Assembly (NCBI GenBank): GCA_963791045.1
Contig: CAWBQK010000004.1
Location: 32,001-96,000, forward strand
Direction: 5' to 3'
Source: Candidatus Latescibacterota bacterium
GTDB lineage: Bacteria; Krumholzibacteriota; Krumholzibacteriia; WVZY01
DNA: 64,000 bases
This document shows positions 30,600-38,814 of the stretch, piece by piece. Made by a program: the position numbers and the translations under genes. Every line of letters starts with the position of its first letter. Position 1 is the first letter of the stretch. The notes below the pieces were generated by a model. It saw nothing but the letters and a program-made list of their open reading frames with translations. It had not been told where the DNA came from and made no database searches.

Positions 30600-32960
30600 C
30601 TACTTCCCTTTAACGTATTTGACCACACCTTTGAAGAGGCTTTCCCCGTCAAGACCCGCTTCGGCGATCACCTTATCGGCCTGACCGCTGCCGAGGAAGT
30701 GTCCCTTCTCGAACGGATACCTGGTGTGCTTGCGGCCGTGTTCCGAACGAATCCACCGATACATCGTCGGCAGCGTGAAGCCGGTGATCCCCATAGCTTC
30801 TTCCTGAAGCGCGACGGGGAAAATCGCTTCCTGCTCGTCCGCGGATAGCGAGTCGAACAGTTCCGCACTGGCCACATAGTACACGTTGATATCGATCCCC
30901 TCTTTTGCGAGCATGGGGAGTGTCTCCTCAATAAAGGCGAACGTTATCCCGCTTCCCTGGAGGACCACCGTTCCGTCGCCCTTGCCGCTTGCTGCGCGCA
31001 GTTTGTAGACACCCGTCGCGGCGGCCGACACAGGGGCGAGTCCGAGCGCCTCGCGGTCAAGAACCGGCTCGTTTGGACGCGTGACGAACGGCGCGATCAC
31101 GCACGGGCGCTTCGCCAGCGTTTCCGAAACAACGGTGAACATCTCCTGTGGATCCCACGGGGTAAGCGTCATCACGGTACCCTTCGGAAAGTTTTCCTGG
31201 AGGAGCTGGAGCGCCTGCGGATCGGCGTGCGTCGGGCCGTCTTCTCCCGTCTTGACACCCGCGTGGGCGCAGATCAAGAAGTACGGGTTGTACGGTTCGC
31301 CCGGTACGATCGCGTCACGCGCCTGACCGCCGATCGCGTGAAGACGCGAGGCAATGTGGCCGAGCGCCGCGATAAACGCGCCGTAGGACGATCCCGCGCC
31401 GATGTGGCGGCCGTAGGACGACAACCCGGCGAGAATACCGGTCATGGCGTCCTCACAGATTCCGCCTATCGAGTAGATCCGCGACCCAGGGTTGGTCACC
31501 GCGTTGTAGTACCCTTCCGGGAACCCTTTGCCAGCGGTAAGAACGCTTGTCGAACCGAGAAGATCGGCGGCCGCGGCAAAAATGGCCCCACCGCTCGCCT
31601 TGTTGTAATAGTTGAGTACTTTCCCAAGTTCTCCGCGCAGGGTCGTCTTGCCCCCTGCTTCGAGTTTGAGTTCCTTGGGAATCCCGCCTCTTTCTGCCTC
31701 AGCCGTCTTGTAGATCGCTGTGACATCCGGCGCTTTGTCGCGCGGCTTGCGTTCGAGGCAATTCAGGCGCTCGCGTGAATCCTTCAAGCGCTGAGCGAAC
31801 ATATCGACGTTTACGAATTTCTCGTCGAAGGTCTTCCTCACAACGAGAAGCGCATCCCAGAAGCACTGCTCCATCACATCGGCGTCCGCCCCCCCACCGC
31901 ACCGCTGGCAGTTCTCCTCGCAAGAATCGAACTTCGCGCCCGTCAACTCGAGAAGCGGCGCTACCGCATCGTAGAAACCGTCCGTGCAGAGTTTATGTCC
32001 CGCGCCGTGCGACGCGCGTCCCTCGATCCCATACTTCCAACCCTTGGTCGTGCGGTACACGATTGCAGTCGGCTGACCGTTGTCGATCGTCCGCGCTTTT
32101 CTCTGCGCGGCCACGATCTGTTGAAAATTCCGGCCATCCTCGACATAAATCACATTCCAGTCGTGGAGGTACGCGAACTCCATCGGCGTCCACTGAACGT
32201 AATCGCCGGGTTCCTTGCCGTCGCGGCATACATGGTTGGAATCGATCGAAGCCTGGTTCCAGTCGATGTGCATGATCGCGTTGGCAAGAGACGCCGTCCC
32301 AACCGCCGCCATGGCCTCACCGACACGCCCGGGTGTCATCCCGCCTTCGCCCTCGACGATGTGGACCCGCGGAGCTTTTGCGCCGTAGTAGTCGGCGGCG
32401 CCATAGGCAAGACCCATCGAAGTCGCAACACCGACACCCGACGCTCCCGTCGACAGACGCACAAACGGCGTCGCCGGTGTGGGATGTCCATCGAGCGGTT
32501 TGGAATTAAACTTCTTAAAGAGCGGTGTATTCGTGATCGGATTGCGCCGGAAACCAAGAAGGTCCTCGAGACGCAGCTGCATCTTCACATTTGAAGGAAG
32601 CAGATCGGAAGCGCCCGCCCGCACAACTTCGTTCCTGAGCGCCCACATGGCATAAAGTCCCAGGGCCTTGTGTCCCGCCGCATATGAAATCTGATCCGCA
32701 TCCCCACGATCAGGATCGGACACGTCATAATCCATCGCGTCGAACAAAATAGCTTCGACAAAACGCCCCGACGAAATCGATCCGCCCGGATGACCGGACA
32801 TGGGAACATAATTGTACATCACGGCGCACAGCGATCTGTAAACGCTGTCAAATGTCTCGAATGAAGTGAGTTCTTCATCCGAGAGCGGGTTGCCGACTTT
32901 TTTGAGCTCTTCGCTGATATCTATATAGACTGCTCTTCTCGGTCCAAACGCGAATGCCAT
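30600..32960 (-). CDS. tkt: Transketolase-family ThDP enzyme (long, atypical)
   Basis: GHPGG, AGHK, DGHP, GEG..DWN, SHG, ADLLGS, GICEDAM, GEDGPTH, TRP motifs. Confidence 0.88.
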   Translation of the reverse strand: MAFAFGPRRAVYIDISEELKKVGNPLSDEELTSFETFDSVYRSLCAVMYNYVPMSGHPGGSISSGRFVEAILFDAMDYDVSDPDRGDADQISYAAGHKALGLYAMWALRNEVVRAGASDLLPSNVKMQLRLEDLLGFRRNPITNTPLFKKFNSKPLDGHPTPATPFVRLSTGASGVGVATSMGLAYGAADYYGAKAPRVHIVEGEGGMTPGRVGEAMAAVGTASLANAIMHIDWNQASIDSNHVCRDGKEPGDYVQWTPMEFAYLHDWNVIYVEDGRNFQQIVAAQRKARTIDNGQPTAIVYRTTKGWKYGIEGRASHGAGHKLCTDGFYDAVAPLLELTGAKFDSCEENCQRCGGGADADVMEQCFWDALLVVRKTFDEKFVNVDMFAQRLKDSRERLNCLERKPRDKAPDVTAIYKTAEAERGGIPKELKLEAGGKTTLRGELGKVLNYYNKASGGAIFAAAADLLGSTSVLTAGKGFPEGYYNAVTNPGSRIYSIGGICEDAMTGILAGLSSYGRHIGAGSSYGAFIAALGHIASRLHAIGGQARDAIVPGEPYNPYFLICAHAGVKTGEDGPTHADPQALQLLQENFPKGTVMTLTPWDPQEMFTVVSETLAKRPCVIAPFVTRPNEPVLDREALGLAPVSAAATGVYKLRAASGKGDGTVVLQGSGITFAFIEETLPMLAKEGIDINVYYVASAELFDSLSADEQEAIFPVALQEEAMGITGFTLPTMYRWIRSEHGRKHTRYPFEKGHFLGSGQADKVIAEAGLDGESLFKGVVKYVKGK

Positions 32961-32993
32961 CGTACGCTCCTTTCGCGAGCGGTTACCTCATAC

Positions 32994-34292
32994 TTAATAG
33001 AGATGCTCTCCAGCTTCAAAGAACCGCTTGAAGCCATCCTTGTCGAGGCTCGCCGCCTCGATCCTCCGCACACCCTCCTTGAGCGATTCCATATCGGTCG
33101 CCGTCGAGAGCCGCAAGAAATGCTTTCCCTCACTCCCTATCGCGCCGAACGACCGTCTGTCCATCGTGGCAACGCCATGCTCGTAGAGTGCAAACATCTG
33201 GAACATCGTCGACGGACTCGTCACCTTCTTTGTTTTGGCGTCCAGCGATTCGTACATCTCGATCATGCCGAGTTTTCTGCAAGCGCCGCCAATATTGGGG
33301 AATACGTAGAAAGCGCCTTCGGGCTTGTTGCACGAGACACCATCGATCGCGTTGAGCGCGTCGACAACCATATCCCGACGCTCCTGGAATTCGGTAGTCA
33401 TCGATGCGACAATGCCGCGGTTCTCATCACCATCGAGCGCCTGCTTACCGGCTTCCTGGATGAACGGTGGCGTGCACGAAATAATGTTGATGTTGAACTG
33501 CCGGAAGACCATCGCCTCTTCGACCGTGGGAAGCACGGCATAACCGAGCCGCCAGCCCGTCATCGCATACGACTTGGAGTGCCCGCTCACGAGAACGGTC
33601 TTCTCCGCCATACCCGGGAACGACACGATGCTCCGGTGTTTGTTTCCGTCAAAAATGATGTCCTCGTAGACTTCGTCCGAGTACACCCGGATGTCGGGGC
33701 TCGCCTTGTCGTTGATAACCCGCGCGATTTCCGTGAGGTCGGCTTCGGTGAGAACGCCTCCGGTCGGGTTCGAGGGCGAGTTGATTATCAGCACTTTTGT
33801 TTTTGGCGTGATCAAACGCTCAATATCGGACGCGTCAAAACGGAAGTTCTTCTCTTCCTCGAGATGGAGAGGCACCGGTTTCGCTCCGAGGAACGTCACC
33901 CACGATTCGTAGATTGGAAAGCCGGGGCTCGGATAGATGACTTCGTCGCCGGGATTGACAAAAGCCATCATCGTGTACGATATAGGCGGCTTCGCGCCGG
34001 TTGTAACGACGACTCTCTGTGGGTCGACGTCGATTCCCCGCGTCCGCTTAACCTGGGCCGCGATACTTTCCCGAAATTTGATGATCCCCTGCGGATCCGT
34101 GTAGTGTGAATTGCCGGCGTTGATATTCTTGATGCCGACATCATTGATATTCTGCGCGCTGTCAAAATCCGGCTCGCCGAGGTTGAGCTTGATGATCTTC
34201 ATCCCCTTCGCCTCGCACCGCTTGATATCATCACCGATTTTGAATGCGTTTTCCGTTCCGAGATTCAATACTCGATCAGCGAACACGCCCAT
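32994..34292 (-). CDS. PLP-dependent aminotransferase class I/II
   Basis: GEPDF, NSPSNPTG, SDEVY, SKSYAMTGWRLG (PLP lysine), GAFYVFP; likely start MGVFADRV at 34292. Confidence 0.93.
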   Translation of the reverse strand: MGVFADRVLNLGTENAFKIGDDIKRCEAKGMKIIKLNLGEPDFDSAQNINDVGIKNINAGNSHYTDPQGIIKFRESIAAQVKRTRGIDVDPQRVVVTTGAKPPISYTMMAFVNPGDEVIYPSPGFPIYESWVTFLGAKPVPLHLEEEKNFRFDASDIERLITPKTKVLIINSPSNPTGGVLTEADLTEIARVINDKASPDIRVYSDEVYEDIIFDGNKHRSIVSFPGMAEKTVLVSGHSKSYAMTGWRLGYAVLPTVEEAMVFRQFNINIISCTPPFIQEAGKQALDGDENRGIVASMTTEFQERRDMVVDALNAIDGVSCNKPEGAFYVFPNIGGACRKLGMIEMYESLDAKTKKVTSPSTMFQMFALYEHGVATMDRRSFGAIGSEGKHFLRLSTATDMESLKEGVRRIEAASLDKDGFKRFFEAGEHLY

Positions 34293-34336
34293 GGGAGCAC
34301 CCCCGCGAAAAAATACAAAATTAGGTCCCAACACTT

Positions 34337-34370
34337 AAAACAAAAGGGGCAGAATATACATTCCGCCCCT
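34337..34370 (-). terminator. Riboswitch expression-platform terminator
   Basis: Minus strand AGGGGCGGAAT-GTAT-ATTCTGCCCCT-TTTGTTTT; its 5' arm overlaps the 3' strand of aptamer-2 P1. Confidence 0.8.
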
Positions 34371-34551
34371 GTCCTTGTTACCTGTGAGATTATCCTCTTT
34401 ACGAGGACTTACTCCTTCGGTGTCCAGGCTCACGGCCTGGCGCTTTCCAGGAGACTCCGAAACTCCAGTCCTTTTGCCTGAGAGTTTCGATCGGCCGCGG
34501 CCGTTCTTGCCCCTTCGGCGCCCGCTTTTCGCGAGTCTCTCCTGTGAGCCC
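34366..34551 (-). ncRNA. Tandem glycine riboswitch (two aptamers)
   Basis: Aptamer 1 (34551-34460): CAGGAGAGAC..CGCCGAAGGGGCAA..AAACTCTCAGGCAAAAGGACTG. Aptamer 2 (34454-34366): CTGGAAAG..CACCGAAGGAGTAA..AATCTCACAGGTAACAAGGACAG. Both carry the hallmark glycine-aptamer segments and a pairable P1. Confidence 0.92.
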
Positions 34552-34844
34552 GGTATGATTAAAAGCGATTCTTGCATATTGGTTAACCAAAGGCAACAGA
34601 AAACGACGACTGGTCAGGGGCCCGAAATCCTGCCGCTTTTTGACATCTAACGGCCTCGAAATTGACAAATATCAAATGAAAAAGTGACCTGTTGTCCATT
34701 GCTGCCCGGCGGGTCAACACCGCCCCATTCACGCCACCACCAAAATCGCTACCCGAACAAGAACGAAGATTCTTTTAGCCGGCAATCTTCAACTAAATTT
34801 GCCGCGCGGGTTGTATTATCAGCGTTCTGTGCTATGTTTAGACC

Positions 34845-34961
34845 ACAGGATTTTCGCGAAACAAGTTTCAACCTGCCGGACGTTCTCGACTGGGTTCGGG
34901 GCCACTCTTTTGTGTCCGCGAATGATTGAGAAAGACGCACGTTCGGCAGGTTGTTTTTTTC
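34845..34961 (+). ncRNA. Candidate small RNA (long hairpin ending in a T-run)
   Basis: Arms CAACCTGCCGGACGT (34869-34883) / ACGTTCGGCAGGTTG (34939-34953), followed by T8; upstream TTGTAT-16-TATGTT. Confidence 0.35.
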
Positions 34962-34978
34962 AAGCGCCACCTTCCCCC

Positions 34979-35419
34979 TCAAGCGAAAACCTTTCTCACA
35001 ACAATCAACCCGATAATGAGCAACAACTCCACACCCGCAAGGAGGATTCCGCCTTTTTTAACGCGCTTTCCGAGATCCAACTTGTCCCGCCCCAGCTTAC
35101 GAATGGCTTTTTTAAGCCGAGCATTCTCCTGATCGAGCCTCGCTTCGGTTTTTGCAAATATCATCGAACTCTTTATCGCTTTTCCCGAGCGGGACGCCTT
35201 GAGGGAATCGGGGATTTCACTGATCGCTTGCCCTTCCTTCGCAATGTCCTCACGCAGCTTTGCCTTCTCGTCGAACACGCGCGATTGCTTTTGCTGATTC
35301 TCGACTATGGACGTTCCGACTTTTCGAAGCTCGACAACATCTTTGGAGATCACCACGCCGCCGATGATACCGCCAATGACGATCAGGACACCCAACGTGA
35401 CGCTCAATACACGTTTCAT
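34979..35419 (-). CDS. Hypothetical two-TM coiled-coil membrane protein
   Basis: N- and C-terminal hydrophobic helices flanking a K-rich coiled coil; last gene of the operon. Confidence 0.75.
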   Translation of the reverse strand: MKRVLSVTLGVLIVIGGIIGGVVISKDVVELRKVGTSIVENQQKQSRVFDEKAKLREDIAKEGQAISEIPDSLKASRSGKAIKSSMIFAKTEARLDQENARLKKAIRKLGRDKLDLGKRVKKGGILLAGVELLLIIGLIVVRKVFA

Positions 35420-35440
35420 CTATTCACTCCGTATTTGATT

Positions 35441-37114
35441 TCATTGTGATCCATCGAAAACCACTTCGCCGCCGACCACAGTGTGGGTCACAGCGAGGTC
35501 GTGGAGATCGCTTTTCGGCACTTTGAACGGGTCAGAGGCCATAACCGTAAGGTCCGCTAACATACCCACTTGCACGCACCCCTTAATGCTTTCCATAAAT
35601 CCGGCGTACGCCGCCTCCCGTGTAAATCCGCTCACGGCCTCCTCCACAGTCATGCACTCTTGCGAATACCATCCCGATTCCGGCCAGCCCTCGGCGTCCT
35701 GCCGTGTGGCGGCCGCGTAGATACCCCACAATGGGTTCGCGCCTTCTACCGGGAAGTCCGATCCGCAGCAGATCACCGCACCGGTGTTCAATAATTTTCG
35801 CCACGCGTAAGCGCCCACAAGCCGCTCGCTCCCCAATCTGTCGACGGCCCAGTACATGTCGGATGTCGCGTGCGTCGGCTGCATCGACGCGATCACGCTG
35901 AGCTCTTTGAAACGGCCGATGTCTCCCGGCGCCAAAATTTGAGCGTGTTCGATCCTGAGCCGATAGTCCCCTTCTCCCGCTTCGTCCATTGCCTCTTTGT
36001 ACACATCGAGCATCAAACGGTTCGCGCCATCTCCGATCGCGTGCGTACAAACTTGAAACCCATTCTCGATCGCCAGCGTCGTCCAGCGTAGAAGCTCATC
36101 ACGTGTGTGCATCAAAAGCCCCGCGTTTCCCGGCTCATCCGAGTACGGCGCGAGGAGAGCCGCACCACGCGATCCCAACGCACCGTCCGCGTAGATCTTC
36201 AACGCCCGAATGGTGAGGTAGTGGTCGGGATCGAGCTCAGGCCCGTTCCGCATGAATTCTTCGGCAAAGGATTCCTCATCGGATTCGAGCATCCCGTATA
36301 CACGAAAGTTGAGTTCACCGTGTTCGACCAGATAGCGGAGCGCTTCGAGATCCTTCGCCCCGATACCCGCGTCATGGATACCCGTCAGTCCATAGCGGTG
36401 GCATTCGTCGATCGCCGTACGGTAGCGCTCGACCCGCTCCTCGAACGACGGCTCGGGTTTGACACTCGTCACGAGATTCTTTGCGTTGTCGATTAAAACA
36501 CCGGTCGGATTACCCGACTCATCCCTGATAATTCTCCCGCCATCGGGATCCTTCGTGTCTTTCGTGATTCCACACAACTCCATTGCGCGCTTATTGAGCC
36601 ACCCGGCATGACCGTCGACCCGCCGCAAATATACCGGGTTTGCATCGGTGCCGTCGAGATCGGCGAACGTGGGAAATTCCTTCACCGGCCAGTCGTTCTG
36701 GTCCCAACCGCGTCCCTCTATCCAGTCTCCCGGCGGCATCGTTTTCTGCCTGGCAAGAACCCGTTCGCGCGCGGCCACAGCCGAATCCGTACCTACGAGA
36801 TCCACCTGCCGTAGCGCCTTCCCCAGTCCGCTCAAATGGGCGTGGGCATCAACAAGCCCCGGCAGCACCGTCTTGCCCGTGACATCGAGCACGCGTGTAC
36901 CCGATCCCTTGAAGCGTTCCGCCTCCTCCCTGCTCCCCGTGAACACGATGTACTGGCCCCTGATGGCCACGGCTTCAACCCGCGGCTGTTCGGGGTTGAG
37001 AGTGTGGATGGTGTCGCCCACGACAATCAAATCGGCCTGTTGGGTCGAGCACGACATCATCGGAATGGCAAAAACAGCCAACAACACGACCAACAACACA
37101 TGGAAGTTCTTCAC
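35441..37114 (-). CDS. Amidohydrolase (Amidohydro_3/YtcJ-like), probable lipoprotein
   Basis: PGLVDAHAH, KIYADGALGSRGA, HAIGD, RIEHAQ, GSDFPV; N-terminal MMSC lipobox-like. Confidence 0.92.
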   Translation of the reverse strand: MKNFHVLLVVLLAVFAIPMMSCSTQQADLIVVGDTIHTLNPEQPRVEAVAIRGQYIVFTGSREEAERFKGSGTRVLDVTGKTVLPGLVDAHAHLSGLGKALRQVDLVGTDSAVAARERVLARQKTMPPGDWIEGRGWDQNDWPVKEFPTFADLDGTDANPVYLRRVDGHAGWLNKRAMELCGITKDTKDPDGGRIIRDESGNPTGVLIDNAKNLVTSVKPEPSFEERVERYRTAIDECHRYGLTGIHDAGIGAKDLEALRYLVEHGELNFRVYGMLESDEESFAEEFMRNGPELDPDHYLTIRALKIYADGALGSRGAALLAPYSDEPGNAGLLMHTRDELLRWTTLAIENGFQVCTHAIGDGANRLMLDVYKEAMDEAGEGDYRLRIEHAQILAPGDIGRFKELSVIASMQPTHATSDMYWAVDRLGSERLVGAYAWRKLLNTGAVICCGSDFPVEGANPLWGIYAAATRQDAEGWPESGWYSQECMTVEEAVSGFTREAAYAGFMESIKGCVQVGMLADLTVMASDPFKVPKSDLHDLAVTHTVVGGEVVFDGSQ

Positions 37115-37129
37115 GATTCTGGTCCTTTT

Positions 37130-37714
37130 CTAAGGCCGCTCTTTTTGTGAATTTCTGAAGAAGATAGAGAGACCGATTGTAATCTCGTGTTCGTTGAAAT
37201 CCGCCACGGGATCGTTCAACACGCGTCTGTAGCCGTATTCTACACGGAAACCGGCGCGCCGGCCAACAAGCGATCGCATACCAATTCCAAAGCCGACAGG
37301 ATAGCGGCCGTGACTGAAACTTCCGACTTCCTCCTGCCGCCATCCAGCGACCAGCGACACATATGGATAGTTGCCACTCCGTCCCCATTTCTTGCCCCAA
37401 CTGACCGCGGCGGACAGATCGAATCTGTCCAGGGAGCTCACGTGCGAATAGCCCGCACCCACCTCGGCGCCCACCAGACCGTTTAGCCGTTCGGCAAACA
37501 TCCCTGTACGCACCCGCAGTGTGCCGGTTTGAATCCCCTCGACGTTCGTAAGCGCCCCGGCGACACCCAACTCGATGGCGCCCGTGTTGATCGACACCGC
37601 TTCGGCCGAATCGATTTCGGTTTCGGTCTGCGCGTACGCAAACGTCGAGGTCACCACAACAAACATGGCGATCCAAAGCCCCAAGCCTGCGACCATTCTA
37701 ACGAATCCACGCAT
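37130..37714 (-). CDS. Outer-membrane beta-barrel protein (putative)
   Basis: AAGGAG RBS before MRGFVRMV; signal peptide ending AYA; alternating beta-strands; near-terminal ITIGLSIFF. Confidence 0.7.
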   Translation of the reverse strand: MRGFVRMVAGLGLWIAMFVVVTSTFAYAQTETEIDSAEAVSINTGAIELGVAGALTNVEGIQTGTLRVRTGMFAERLNGLVGAEVGAGYSHVSSLDRFDLSAAVSWGKKWGRSGNYPYVSLVAGWRQEEVGSFSHGRYPVGFGIGMRSLVGRRAGFRVEYGYRRVLNDPVADFNEHEITIGLSIFFRNSQKERP

Positions 37715-38752
37715 CGACGAGCTCCTTTTCCGCGGGCTTGTTTTTTGGCGTGAAGTCAATGCTCTCATCGCCGCTCGAAACGGCGAGCCAGTTCCACCAG
37801 AGCACACCGCGAACCCAGGGGTTTTCCGCGAGGGCCTCGAGCGTTCCCCAGTAGAGGTCCGCCTGCTCGTCGAAATCGACGTTCGCCTCTCTTTGGAAAT
37901 CATTGGGATACATTCCTGCGCCATCAATACTCCTGTATCCAATCTCGGTGATGAGTACGTCGCGACCGGCTTTTTTGTGGAGCAGGCGAAGCCGCTCGAT
38001 CCACGGCTGCCAGGCCGTGAGAATTTCGAAACGGCCGGTGTCGAGACGCCCGGTCAGGGGCGCGTAGAAATTCACACCGACGATGTCGAGGTCTTTCCAG
38101 AACGGGACGAGGGGCGCTTCGTCCCACGAAGCCGCGTAGGTGATTTCACCATCATAAACGCTCCTTATATCGGCGATGAGTTCTCTCCAGAGGGACTCGT
38201 GCTCGAGCGTGCCGGCAAGCTCCGTTCCGATAACGAACTGCTCCACATCCATCGCGACGGCCAGCTCGACCCACTCGAACAAAAAAGCACGGTACGATTC
38301 GAACCACGCTGCGGGATTCGACGGCGAAATCTCGGCGCGCCACGTGCCGTCTTCGAGATCGATATGAGGCTTGATCGTGACCGCCATGGGGAAACTAAGA
38401 GACTTTGCCCGCACGATCGCGTTTGCGACCGCCTGCGTCGACGGCGTCCGGGAGGGGTCGACGCGGACCTCGACGGAGGCGGCCCCATCCTGATATGCCG
38501 TCACCACGAATGCGATCGAGTTCGCGCCCGTCTGTGACACATCGCCGACGGACTCCAACCCTTCGGCGCCCCCGTACCCGTCTCGTGTCCAATCCACAAG
38601 CGTTATGCCCCTCGTGACCATACCGGAGGCGTCCGCCGGACCGGACGGCAGGTCGGAGCAACTCGGCAACACGGCGGCCACAAACGTACCGACACAGCCG
38701 ATACAAACGAGTGCCAAAAAATGAATGTTGCTTGAATGTTTGAAGCGGACAC
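37698..38752 (-). CDS. Glycoside hydrolase family 113-like TIM-barrel enzyme; start uncertain
   Basis: KPHID, WFESY, IGTEL and ITEIGY (two catalytic Glu candidates), ITYAASWD; possible missing T in the homopolymer at ~38716-38721. Confidence 0.75.
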
Positions 38753-38814
38753 CTCTCGGGCGGCTATGCCGACACCGGCGCCGCCGACAAGAACGCCGCC
38801 GCCGTGCGGATGAT

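Noticed and set aside
34335-34982. Short ORFs 34335-34577, 34375-34650, 34399-34668, 34684-34929, 34749-34982
   Set aside because: They overlap the riboswitch and hairpin RNA structures and lack protein-like features
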